Shown one piece after another: positions 10,555 to 19,944 of a stretch of DNA of 64,000 nucleotides. The DNA comes from Steroidobacterales bacterium (GTDB lineage: Bacteria; Pseudomonadota; Gammaproteobacteria; Steroidobacterales; Steroidobacteraceae). The DNA lies in contig JBBQTF010000003.1 in NCBI GenBank assembly GCA_038234675.1, positions 59,360-123,359 on the forward strand, written 5' to 3'. Made by a program: the position numbers and the translations under genes. Each line of letters starts with the position of its first letter. Position 1 is the first letter of the stretch. The notes under the pieces are model-generated. The model had not been told where the DNA came from and did no database searches. It was given only the letters and a program-made list of their open reading frames with translations.

Positions 10555-12068
10555 TGGCGAGCAAATCCCCTCTGCGGGCCCTGGCGCTGCTGGCGCTGGT
10601 ATTGGCCGCGCTCGCCGGATCGCTGATCGCGCGTCGATCCATGGGACACCCCATAGCGCTGTCCGCGGTCGCACCCGATGTGCTGCGATTGGGCCACCTG
10701 ACGCTCGAGCCTTGTACGATTGGTCGTGCGAATGCCGGCATCGCGACCGCGCGTGCCTATTGCGCGGCCGTGCCCGTTCCGGAGAACCGGCGCGCAGCGA
10801 ACGGCCGCGCGCTGCGCCTCAAGGTGGCCGTTGTGCCATCCGAGTCCGCACAGCCCGACGCCGATCTGATCGTATTTCTCGATGGCGGACCAGGCGGGGC
10901 CGCGACCGAGGATTATCCGGCCCTGGCGCCGGCCTTCGCGCCACTGCGTAAGCGCCATGCAGTGCTCCTCATCGATCAGCGCGGCACCGGCGGTTCCAAT
11001 CCGCTGGATTGCGGCAAGGACGAGAGCACCGATGCGGCGCCCAACCTCGAGCAGCTCAGGGCGTGCCTGCAAGAGCTCGCGCCTCACGCGGCCCCGGAGT
11101 TCTACACCACAAGCGCTGCGGTGGAAGATCTGGAGGCGGTGCGCCGCACGCTCGGCAGCCCGCCGCTGGATCTGCTGGCCGTGTCCTACGGCACGCGCGT
11201 GGCGCAGCAGTACGCACGCCAGTACGGCACGGCGGTTCGCGCCATGGTGCTCGATGGCGCGGTGCCCAACACGCTTGCCCTCGGGAGCGAGCATGCCGCT
11301 AACCTTGAGGCGGTGCTGCGCGACTTATCGGCACGTTGCCGCACGAGTGCGGCCTGCGCCGAGCGGTACGGTGATCCGTACCAGACACTGCGGCGGGTGC
11401 ACACGCGCCTGCGTACCGAGCCGCAGCGAGTCAGTCTGCGCGATCCGTACACCTTTCGCGTCCAGCAAAAACAAATGACGGCCGACGCGCTGGCGCAACT
11501 GGTGCGGATCTACGTCTACAGCCCCTACACAGCCGCGCTCCTGCCGTATGTACTGCAGCAGGCGGATCGCGGCGAGTACGCGCTGCTCATGGCACAGGCG
11601 CAGGTGGTGGTGGGAGATGTGGCCGAAAGTCTCTCCGGTGGCGTGGCCTTGTCGGTCAGCTGCGCGGAGGACGCTGATCGGTTGCGTGTCGATGCGTCCG
11701 CGGCCGACACGATCCTCGGCAACAGCCTGGTCAGCGCTTTGCTGAGCGCCTGTCCGCTGTGGCCTCACGGCGCGCGCCCCAAAGACTTCAGTGAACCGCT
11801 TCGCGGCTCGCTGCCCGTGCTGGTGCTTGCCGGCGAGCACGATCCGGTGACGCCGGCCCGGTACGGCGAGGCGATCGTGCAAACGCTCCCGCGCGCACGA
11901 TTGCTGAAGCTCGCCGGGCAGGGCCACGGCCTGCTGGCGGTGGGCTGCGTGCCACGGCTGGTGGAAGAGTTCGTCCGGACGTTGGACGCGCGCTCACTCA
12001 ATGCGCATTGCCTCGATGTCCTGGCTCAGGCCCCGCCCTTCGTGGATGCCAACGGAGCGGGTCCGTGA
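10554..12068 (+). CDS. secreted/anchored alpha/beta hydrolase, tripeptidyl-aminopeptidase (TAP)-like
   Basis: I use the internal ATG at 10554 (MASKSPLRALALLALVLAALAG, a signal-like N-terminus) rather than the tracked 10260 start, which overlaps the upstream gene. It has FLDGGPGG, a nucleophile elbow AVSYGT and a TAP-like C-terminal region. Confidence 0.7.
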   Translation: MASKSPLRALALLALVLAALAGSLIARRSMGHPIALSAVAPDVLRLGHLTLEPCTIGRANAGIATARAYCAAVPVPENRRAANGRALRLKVAVVPSESAQPDADLIVFLDGGPGGAATEDYPALAPAFAPLRKRHAVLLIDQRGTGGSNPLDCGKDESTDAAPNLEQLRACLQELAPHAAPEFYTTSAAVEDLEAVRRTLGSPPLDLLAVSYGTRVAQQYARQYGTAVRAMVLDGAVPNTLALGSEHAANLEAVLRDLSARCRTSAACAERYGDPYQTLRRVHTRLRTEPQRVSLRDPYTFRVQQKQMTADALAQLVRIYVYSPYTAALLPYVLQQADRGEYALLMAQAQVVVGDVAESLSGGVALSVSCAEDADRLRVDASAADTILGNSLVSALLSACPLWPHGARPKDFSEPLRGSLPVLVLAGEHDPVTPARYGEAIVQTLPRARLLKLAGQGHGLLAVGCVPRLVEEFVRTLDARSLNAHCLDVLAQAPPFVDANGAGP

Positions 12069-12802
12069 TCGAGGCAAGGGGCCTGCGAAAGTCCTTCGGC
12101 GCTCATCGGGCCGTCGATGATGTGTCCTTTATCGCGCGCGACGGTGAGATCACCGGTCTATTGGGACCGAACGGCGCCGGCAAGACCACGACGCTGCGCA
12201 TGCTCTACACCCTGATGCGTCCTGACGCCGGCGCGGTCCTGATCGACGGTCGTGACGCACTGCTCGAACCACTGGCGGTGCGGAGGCTACTGGGTGTGCT
12301 CCCGGATTCCCGCGGCTTGTACAAGCGACTGACCGCTCGCGAGAACATCCAGTACTTTGCTGCGCTTCACGCCATGGCACCCGCCGAGGCACGCGCGCAC
12401 GCCGATGCGCTGATCGAAACGCTCGGCATGCAGGACATCGCCGAGCGCCCTACCGGCGGATTTTCCCAGGGCGAGCGGGTCAAGACCGCAATCGCGCGCG
12501 CGCTGGTGCACGGGCCACGAAACGTGTTGCTCGATGAGCCCACCAACGGTTTGGACGTGACGGCCACGCGAAGCCTGCGCGAATTCCTGCGCGGCCTGCG
12601 GGCTTCCGGACGCTGCATCCTGCTGTCCACGCACTTGATGCAGGAAGTGGCCGCGCTGTGCGATCGCATCGTCATCATTGCGAACGGACGCGTTGTGGCC
12701 GACGGTACGGCCGATGAGGTGCGCAAGATCGCCGGGGAGCAAAACCTGGAAGAGGCCTTCGTGAAGCTCATCGGCGCCGCGACTATGGGTAATGTGCTGT
12801 GA
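12065..12802 (+). CDS. ABC transporter ATP-binding protein (NatA/ABC-2 type)
   Basis: The GTG at 12065 overlaps the upstream stop (GTGA). It has the Walker A GPNGAGKTT, the signature FSQGERV and the Walker B VLLDEPT. Confidence 0.9.
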   Translation: MIEARGLRKSFGAHRAVDDVSFIARDGEITGLLGPNGAGKTTTLRMLYTLMRPDAGAVLIDGRDALLEPLAVRRLLGVLPDSRGLYKRLTARENIQYFAALHAMAPAEARAHADALIETLGMQDIAERPTGGFSQGERVKTAIARALVHGPRNVLLDEPTNGLDVTATRSLREFLRGLRASGRCILLSTHLMQEVAALCDRIVIIANGRVVADGTADEVRKIAGEQNLEEAFVKLIGAATMGNVL

Positions 12803-13974
12803 GCCCGGCATTCACCGTGTTCATTAAGGAATGCCGCGAGAGTCTGCGCGAGCGCCGTGTCCTGATAAACAGCCTGCTGGTGGGCCCGCTGATCGGACCG
12901 GTTTTGGTCTTGGTGCTGATGCGCCTGGTCGTCGGGCGTGAAGTGGAAAAGGCCGAGCGAGCCCTCCCGGTAGTCGTTATCGGAGCCGAGCGCGCGCCGG
13001 AACTGATCGGCGCGCTGCACCAGATGGGCTTGCGCCAGTTGCCTGCGGTTTCTGATCCTGAACGGGCGGTGCGCGAACAGCGGATCGATCTCGCATTGCG
13101 GGTCCCCCCCGACTTTGGCGCCGCGTGGCGCAGCGGACGTCCGGCGCAGGTCGAGTTGATCTACGATTCCTCGCGCCGCGAAGCGCAGGGCGATGTGGAG
13201 CGCGTACGCGCCATGCTTGAGAGCTACAGCCGGCGGAGCAGTGCACTGCGGCTGCTGGCGCGGGGCATCGCGCCGGCGATCGCCACGCCGCTGCTTGTGG
13301 CCAGCCGCGATGCCGCTACGCCCCAGGCACGAGGCGCACTGCTGTTTGCCATGTTGCCGTACATGCTGGTGCTCACCATGTTTATTGGCGGTCTGTGGCT
13401 GGCGATCGACTCGACCGCCGGCGAGCGCGAACGCCTGTCGCTCGAGCCGCTGCTGATCAATCCGGTGCCGCGCGATCGCATCCTGCTGGGCAAGTTGCTG
13501 GCGACCGCTGCCTTTAGCCTCGCGAGCCTGACCTTAGGATTGCTGGCGTTCCTGTGGGCGGGCCATTTCATGCCTACCGAAGAGTTGGGTCTGAGCCTGG
13601 CCCTAGGGCCGCACTTCTTCGCGGTCGCGCTGCCGATGCTCGTGCCGCTGGTGCTGCTGATTGGCATTACCCAGATCCTGATCGCCGCTTTTGCACGCAG
13701 CGTGCGTGAAGCGCAGACTTACCTCGGCCTGGCGCAGCTCGTGCCGCTGATTCCTTCCGTCGTGCTTAGCCTGCTGCCGGTCAAGGCGCAGCTGTGGATG
13801 TACGCGGTGCCGCTCCTCGGCCAGCAGTTGGCGATCATGCGGCTGTTGCGCGCCGAGGCGGTTCCTGGCATCGCGCTTGGTCTTAGCGCACTGATGACGC
13901 TGCTGGCCGTGCTTGGAGTGTTCCTGCTGGCGCGCCGCGTCTATAACTCCGAGCGATTGGCCATCACGGTCTAG
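12799..13974 (+). CDS. ABC-2 family permease (NatB-like)
   Basis: 391 aa. Its GTG overlaps the upstream stop. The topology is one N-terminal TM, a large extracytoplasmic loop, then 5 TMs. Confidence 0.8.
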   Translation: MSPAFTVFIKECRESLRERRVLINSLLVGPLIGPVLVLVLMRLVVGREVEKAERALPVVVIGAERAPELIGALHQMGLRQLPAVSDPERAVREQRIDLALRVPPDFGAAWRSGRPAQVELIYDSSRREAQGDVERVRAMLESYSRRSSALRLLARGIAPAIATPLLVASRDAATPQARGALLFAMLPYMLVLTMFIGGLWLAIDSTAGERERLSLEPLLINPVPRDRILLGKLLATAAFSLASLTLGLLAFLWAGHFMPTEELGLSLALGPHFFAVALPMLVPLVLLIGITQILIAAFARSVREAQTYLGLAQLVPLIPSVVLSLLPVKAQLWMYAVPLLGQQLAIMRLLRAEAVPGIALGLSALMTLLAVLGVFLLARRVYNSERLAITV

Positions 13975-13995
13975 TCGCCGATCGAGGTCAAGCCG

Positions 13996-14709
13996 ATGTG
14001 TGGACGTTTCGTGTCTCGTGAACAAGCCGCGCTCGAGCGCGAATACAACATCAAGGTCCGTAAGCCGTTTGAACGGGTCTACAACGCCGCGCCGACCATG
14101 ATGCTGCCGGTTATCCGGCAGGAATCGGGAAAACCTCGCGACCAGCGCGAGGCCGTCGGGATGCGCTGGGGGCTCATTCCCAGCTGGTGGTCACAACCCG
14201 CCCTGCCGAACTCGACCATCAATGCGCGATGCGAGGAGGCCGCCGCGAAGCCGATGTGGCGTGGTTCCCTGCGGCACACCCGCTGCCTGGTGCCGGCGCT
14301 CGGATGGTATGAGTGGCATACGACCCCCGATGGCAAGGTACCTTATTTCTTTCACGCTCCAGGAAAGGCAGGGATCTGTTTTGCCGGGCTGTGGTCGGAG
14401 TGGCGAAATCCGGCCGGGGAGCCGCAGCTGAGTTTTGCCATATTGACCCGGGCGGCAGCCCCGACCTTCAGTTTCGTGCATCACCGAATGCCGCTGGTTT
14501 TGGGGCCGGAAGCCTGGGACGGCTGGCTTGCGGATTGGCCCGGGGACCCTGCGCCCCGCCTGGAAGAGCAGGCCGCGGCCGCGCCGAGCGAGTTCGAGTA
14601 TTACCCCGTGAGCCGGTACGTTAATACGCCGCGCAACCAGGGCGAGCGTTGTATCGAACCGGCAACAAACCAAGGGCCGAGCAGCACTGAAAACCGCACT
14701 GGAGCTTAG
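13996..14709 (+). CDS. SOS response-associated peptidase (SRAP/YedK family, abasic-site processing)
   Basis: 237 aa. It has the N-terminal MCGRF with the Cys2 nucleophile, plus INARCEE and the WYEW motif. Confidence 0.9.
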   Translation: MCGRFVSREQAALEREYNIKVRKPFERVYNAAPTMMLPVIRQESGKPRDQREAVGMRWGLIPSWWSQPALPNSTINARCEEAAAKPMWRGSLRHTRCLVPALGWYEWHTTPDGKVPYFFHAPGKAGICFAGLWSEWRNPAGEPQLSFAILTRAAAPTFSFVHHRMPLVLGPEAWDGWLADWPGDPAPRLEEQAAAAPSEFEYYPVSRYVNTPRNQGERCIEPATNQGPSSTENRTGA

Positions 14710-14843
14710 CGCAGGCGCACTGGGAGCGGGGGGCCGGCGAGGCCTAGAATGCGCATCCTGAAGATGGGGCCCAAGGGCTTTGAAACCTCCGGCCACATTG
14801 CTGAGTCTAATTAGCTAATGATGGGCGGGGACGTGCCTGTCGC

Positions 14844-16085
14844 GTGCAGGTGGAGCGCATTATGAGCGGAGTTTTATCGGGCCCGAGAGGTCGAAAGCCT
14901 TCTCGTCGGCTTCTTATTGGGATCGCGATAGCGGTTGTCCTGGGACTGGCCTTGGGCGGGTGGCGCATGACAAGAGCGCCAGCCGCTGGCGACGCCATGG
15001 CCAAGGAAAAGGACGGCCCGACGCCGCCGTTGGTGACCGTCGTGGTGCCGGCCATGGGCAATGTGGCCACCACCGTGTCACTGACCGGACTGATCAGCGC
15101 CCAGAATGACATGCCGATCGGCGTTGAGGGCGATGGTGGGCGCGTGGCCGCCGTGCTGGTAGAGCCCGGCGATCATGTAAAGCGCGGGCAGGTGCTGGCG
15201 CGACTCAACCCGCTCACGGCCCAGTCCGTGGTGGAAAGCGCGCAAGCTTCGCTTGAAGAACTCAAGGCCGCGGCGGCCTCCTCGCAGGCCGAATATGCGC
15301 GCGCGGAAAAGGCCCGCGATTCATTCTCGGTCGAGGAATTCGAACGGCGCCGCACCAACGCGCTCACGGCGCTGGCCAAGGCCAAGGCCTCTGAGGCTCA
15401 ATTGGCCGAGGCGCGCACGCGCTGGCAGCGCATGACCGTGCTGGCGCCGAGCGACGGCATCGTGCTGACGCGTGCCGCCGAAGTGGGCCAGATTGCGATG
15501 CCCGGCTCACCGCCCTTGTTCCGTCTCGCGCGTGATGGTGCGATCGAGATGCGCGGTGAGGTGGCCGAGCAGGATATGCCGCGTCTCAAGGTGGGACAGA
15601 CCGCCACGGTGCGTCTGGATGGAGTGGCCCAGCCGTTCGTCGGCAAGGTGTGGCAGATCGGTGCGGTCATCGACGGGGTGACCCGCCAGGGGACGGTACG
15701 AATTTCGCTTCCCAACGAGGATCACAATTTGCGCCCGGGCGCTTTCGCTCGCGCCGATATCCAGGCCGACGCCATGGTCGGGGTGATCCTGCCCCAGACA
15801 GCGGTCCTGAGCGATGATCAGGGGACCTACACGCTGATTGTCGGTGCGAATGACAAGGTCGAGCGGCGCGCGATCAACGTGGTTGGGGCGCGCGCTACCG
15901 GATTGCTGGTGGACAGCGGCCTTAACGGCAATGAGCGAGTGGTCGCGGTGGCCGGAGCGTTCCTGCGGACCGGCGAGCAGGTCAAGGTCGCCCCCATCGC
16001 GGTGGCCGCCGGGGGTTCCGGAGACAGTGGCAAGAATGTAAGTGTCGTGGCGGGCAACGCGGGTGCCGCGGTGAGTCCGCCATGA
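14844..16085 (+). CDS. RND efflux periplasmic adaptor (membrane fusion protein)
   Basis: 413 aa with a GTG start and an N-terminal anchor. It has the lipoyl/coiled-coil/beta-barrel pattern and overlaps the RND permease start by 4 nt. Confidence 0.9.
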   Translation: MQVERIMSGVLSGPRGRKPSRRLLIGIAIAVVLGLALGGWRMTRAPAAGDAMAKEKDGPTPPLVTVVVPAMGNVATTVSLTGLISAQNDMPIGVEGDGGRVAAVLVEPGDHVKRGQVLARLNPLTAQSVVESAQASLEELKAAAASSQAEYARAEKARDSFSVEEFERRRTNALTALAKAKASEAQLAEARTRWQRMTVLAPSDGIVLTRAAEVGQIAMPGSPPLFRLARDGAIEMRGEVAEQDMPRLKVGQTATVRLDGVAQPFVGKVWQIGAVIDGVTRQGTVRISLPNEDHNLRPGAFARADIQADAMVGVILPQTAVLSDDQGTYTLIVGANDKVERRAINVVGARATGLLVDSGLNGNERVVAVAGAFLRTGEQVKVAPIAVAAGGSGDSGKNVSVVAGNAGAAVSPP

Positions 16086-19000
16086 GACGCATATCGGCCT
16101 GGGCGATTACCCATCCGGTCTTCCCGTTGGTGTTGTTCGCCGTGCTCACGGCCTTTGGCATCGTCGCCTTCGTGCGCATGCCCGTCACGCTCAACCCCGA
16201 CGTTTCTGCGCCCTTCGTGCACGTGCTGATCGGTGTCCCGGGCGCCGCGCCGAGCGAGATCGAGACCCAGGTTCTGCAGAAGGTGGAAGGTTCGGTTTCG
16301 AAAGTCGGCAACGTCAAGAACATCATTTCGCGCGCCACCGAAGGCCAGGCGATGTTGTTCGTCGAATTCCAGATCGGCACGCCGGTCGATCGCGCCACCA
16401 CCGACGTGCGTGATGCGGTGGCCCGCGTGCGCGGTGAACTACCGCAGGGCATCCTCGAACCCAATATCGGACGCGAAGAGATCGACGGCGGCCCGATCGT
16501 GTATTACGCGGTCAACACCACCGGCATGACCGAGGAGCAGCTTTCCTGGTTCGTCGACGACACGATCAACAAGCGACTGCTGGCGGTACCTGGGGTCGCA
16601 CAAGTCAATCGTTCGGGCGGCGTCGATCGGGAAATCCGCGTCGACCTGGATCCGGCACGCATGCAGTCCTTTGGCATCACCGCGGCCGAGGTCAACGACC
16701 AGCTGCGCCAGGTCAACATCGACGCGGCCGGGGGCCGCGCCCAGGTCGGCGGGAGCGAGCAATCGATCCGCGTACTCGGTGGCGCGCGCAGCGCGCAGCA
16801 ACTGGCCAACACCCGCCTTACTGTCGGCGTCTCGGGCCAGTCGGCCCGGCTCGGCGATATCGCCGAGGTGCGCGACGGAATTGCCGAAGTGCGCTCGATT
16901 TCCAGGCTGGACGGCCGGCCGGCCACCACCTTTGGCGTCATGAAGGCCAAGGGGGCCTCCGACGTCGAGACCCTCCGCCTCGTGGAGGCGGAACTGGCTA
17001 AGGTCAGCGCCGAGAACTCGAGCATCAACCTCAAGCAGGTTTTCACGACGGTCGATTTCACCAAGCAGCAGTACCACGCTTCGGTCGAGGCGCTCATCGA
17101 AGGCGCGCTGCTCGCCGTAGCCATCGTCTACCTGTTCCTGCGCGACTGGCGCGCCACCGGCATCGCCGCGCTGGCGATTCCGCTGGCGGCACTGCCCACC
17201 TTCGCGTTCATGCAGTGGTTCGGTTTCACGCTCAACCAGATGAGCCTGCTGGCGCTTTGCCTGATCACCGGAGTGCTGGTGGATGATGCGATCGTGGAAA
17301 TCGAGAACATCACACGCCACATGAAGATGGGCAAGAGCGGCTACAGGGCGGCCATGGATGCGGCCGATGAGATTGGCTTGGCGGTGGTGGCCTGCTCGAT
17401 GGCGATCATTGCCGTGTTCCTGCCGGTGAGTTTTATGGGCGGCCTGGTCGGGCAGTTCTTCATACAATTCGGCTTCACGGTCGCGGTGGCCGTGTTTATG
17501 TCGCTGGTGGTCGCACGGCTCATCAGCCCGTTGCTGGCCGCTTACACGCTCAAGCCACACGCGGAACTGCGCAGTGCCGACGGGCCCCTGATGGAGTGGT
17601 ATTTGCGCTCCCTTCGATGGACGGTAAAGCACCGGGTGCTGACGCTGGCCGCCGGCCTCGTGTTCTTTGTGCTTTCCATCGTCGGACTGACGATGGTGCC
17701 GCAGACCTTCATTCCCGACAGTGATAATTCCTCTTCCGCCATCACCGTCGAGTTGCCCCCGGGCGTGCTGCTCAGGCAGACCGCGCAAGCCTCGAATGCC
17801 GCCTACCAGATCCTGCGCCGCCGACCGGAGGTGAAAAGCGTCGTCGAGTCGATCGGCGAGGACGAGGATGGCGAAGTTCGTTCAGGCAACATCTATGTGC
17901 AGCTGGTCCCGCCGGGCCAACGCAAGCTCAGCCAGAAGCAATTCGAGGCCGAGGTCACCAAAGACCTGCGCATGATTCCCGACGCGCGGCTCAACTTCAA
18001 GAGCCAGGCGGACGGTGGCGGGCGCGATCTGACGCTCTTTGTCGTCGGCAGTAATCCTGATCTGGTTGAGCGCACGGCGCATACCGCCATCGAGCAGATG
18101 CGCACGCTCAAGGAACTGCGCGATCCTAGGATCAACGGCGACATGGCGCGCCCGGAGCTGGTGATTCATCCGCGGCTGGACCTGGCCGCGCAGCTCGGGG
18201 TCACCGTGGCGTCCATCAGCGAGACCGTGCGGGTGGCGACGCTGGGCGAAATCGCGCAGAACGAGGCCAAGTTCTCTCTGGCCGGCCGGCAGATTCCGAT
18301 TCGCGTGAGCCTGGTGGAGTCGGCGCGTAGCAATCTGGCCACGCTCGAGAACCTGCCGGTGCGTACCGCCAGTGGCGCGACCGTACCACTCAAGGCGGTG
18401 GCCGAGATCGGCTTTGGCCAGGGCCCTTCCAAGATACGGCGTTACAACCAGACCCGTCGCCTGTCGCTCGAGGCGGACCTCAATCACACTGAGCTGGGGC
18501 CCGCGCTGAAAAAGATTCGGGCCCTGCCGATCTTCAAGAATCTGCCCACCGGCGTGCAGATCGTGGATGTGGGTCAGGCCCAGTACATGGCGGAACTATT
18601 CACCAGCTTCGTGCTGGCGATGGTCGCGGGGATCATGCTGGTGTTTGCCGTGCTGGTGCTGCTGTTCGCGCGCTTGTTCCAGCCGATTACGATTCTGGCC
18701 GCGCTGCCCCTTTCGCTGGGCGGCGCCGTGGCGGGGCTTCTGATCACCGGCAGCCCGTTCTCTATGGCGACCGTTCTGGGCATTTTGATGCTGATGGGCC
18801 TGGTGGCCAAGAACTCGATCCTGCTGGTGGAATTCGCCATTGAAGAGATGCGCGCCGGCAAGGACCGCCTGACGGCGCTCCTGGAGGCGGGGCACAAGCG
18901 CGCGCGCCCCATCGTCATGACTTCCGTGGCGATGATCGCCGGCATGATGCCGCTGGCGCTGGGCATCGCCGGCGACGCGGCTCTTCAGGGGCAGATGGCG

Positions 19001-19177
19001 ATCGCCGTGATCGGGGGACTTGTGACCTCCACCGCGCTCACCCTGGTCATGGTGCCTGCGGCCTTCACCGTGATGGATGACTTCGAGCATTGGCTGGGAC
19101 GCAAACTGCACGTGCACTTCGGCGTCAAGAACGCCGAAGCGAACGAGCTGCCGGCAGCACCTCCGGCGAAGGCCTAG
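16082..19177 (+). CDS. RND-family efflux permease (AcrB/HAE1-like)
   Basis: 1031 aa with a 12-TM layout and two large periplasmic loops. It carries the conserved GVLVDDAIVEIENI motif. Confidence 0.95.
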   Translation: MRRISAWAITHPVFPLVLFAVLTAFGIVAFVRMPVTLNPDVSAPFVHVLIGVPGAAPSEIETQVLQKVEGSVSKVGNVKNIISRATEGQAMLFVEFQIGTPVDRATTDVRDAVARVRGELPQGILEPNIGREEIDGGPIVYYAVNTTGMTEEQLSWFVDDTINKRLLAVPGVAQVNRSGGVDREIRVDLDPARMQSFGITAAEVNDQLRQVNIDAAGGRAQVGGSEQSIRVLGGARSAQQLANTRLTVGVSGQSARLGDIAEVRDGIAEVRSISRLDGRPATTFGVMKAKGASDVETLRLVEAELAKVSAENSSINLKQVFTTVDFTKQQYHASVEALIEGALLAVAIVYLFLRDWRATGIAALAIPLAALPTFAFMQWFGFTLNQMSLLALCLITGVLVDDAIVEIENITRHMKMGKSGYRAAMDAADEIGLAVVACSMAIIAVFLPVSFMGGLVGQFFIQFGFTVAVAVFMSLVVARLISPLLAAYTLKPHAELRSADGPLMEWYLRSLRWTVKHRVLTLAAGLVFFVLSIVGLTMVPQTFIPDSDNSSSAITVELPPGVLLRQTAQASNAAYQILRRRPEVKSVVESIGEDEDGEVRSGNIYVQLVPPGQRKLSQKQFEAEVTKDLRMIPDARLNFKSQADGGGRDLTLFVVGSNPDLVERTAHTAIEQMRTLKELRDPRINGDMARPELVIHPRLDLAAQLGVTVASISETVRVATLGEIAQNEAKFSLAGRQIPIRVSLVESARSNLATLENLPVRTASGATVPLKAVAEIGFGQGPSKIRRYNQTRRLSLEADLNHTELGPALKKIRALPIFKNLPTGVQIVDVGQAQYMAELFTSFVLAMVAGIMLVFAVLVLLFARLFQPITILAALPLSLGGAVAGLLITGSPFSMATVLGILMLMGLVAKNSILLVEFAIEEMRAGKDRLTALLEAGHKRARPIVMTSVAMIAGMMPLALGIAGDAALQGQMAIAVIGGLVTSTALTLVMVPAAFTVMDDFEHWLGRKLHVHFGVKNAEANELPAAPPAKA

Positions 19178-19209
19178 GGATCGGGATCGATTCTCCGGGG
19201 AGCCTAAGG

Positions 19210-19911
19210 TCAGTGGCGCGAGTGCGCCTCGATCCATTTCTGGGCTTCCTCGTTGACCGTCCGACCATCGCGACCCGCGGCGGCAATCGGCGGGCCGATG
19301 ACCACGCGAATCGTGCCTGGCTTCTTGTATAGGCCGCGCCGCGGCCAGTAATAGCCGGCGTCGTGCGCCACCGGCACGATGAGCCGTTCGTTTTCTGCGG
19401 CGAGCAGCGCCCCGCTGATTCCATAGCGGCGCGTCTGGCCCGGAGCCATGCGGGTGCCTTCGGGAAAAATCACGATCCAGAGTCCATCCGCGAGCCGTAA
19501 CTTGCCCTGCGCAAGTACGCTGCGCACCGCCGCGCCGCCCGCGCCACGGTCCACGGCGATGGCGTGCATGAACTTCAGCGCCCAGCCCAGAAACGGCACC
19601 CAGGTCAGTTCGCGCTTGAGCACCCACACCTGATCAGGGAGCAGTGCGACCTGGGCAAAAGTCTCCCAGCTGGAGGAATGCTTGAGCAGCGCGATGTGGT
19701 TGCCCGGCGGCAGGTTCTCGGCGCCCTCGATGCGGTAGTCCAGCCGGCAGATGAGTCGCAGCATTATCAGCAGCGTCTTGCCCCAGCCGCGCGCCAGCTT
19801 GGAGCGGTATCGAAACGGAATGAATATGGCCGTGGCCGAGAAAAGCACCGCATAGGTGCCGGTCCACAGGAACAGGAAGATCGTGAATACCAACGATGCC
19901 AGCCACTGCAC
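19210..19911 (-). CDS. plsC: 1-acyl-sn-glycerol-3-phosphate acyltransferase
   Basis: 233 aa. It has a HxxxxE/D-type block KHSSSWETF and the FPEGTR block. Confidence 0.8.
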   Translation of the reverse strand: MQWLASLVFTIFLFLWTGTYAVLFSATAIFIPFRYRSKLARGWGKTLLIMLRLICRLDYRIEGAENLPPGNHIALLKHSSSWETFAQVALLPDQVWVLKRELTWVPFLGWALKFMHAIAVDRGAGGAAVRSVLAQGKLRLADGLWIVIFPEGTRMAPGQTRRYGISGALLAAENERLIVPVAHDAGYYWPRRGLYKKPGTIRVVIGPPIAAAGRDGRTVNEEAQKWIEAHSRH

Positions 19912-19944
19912 GCGCTAATTCCCCGGCCGCCTCAACATGGCCCC

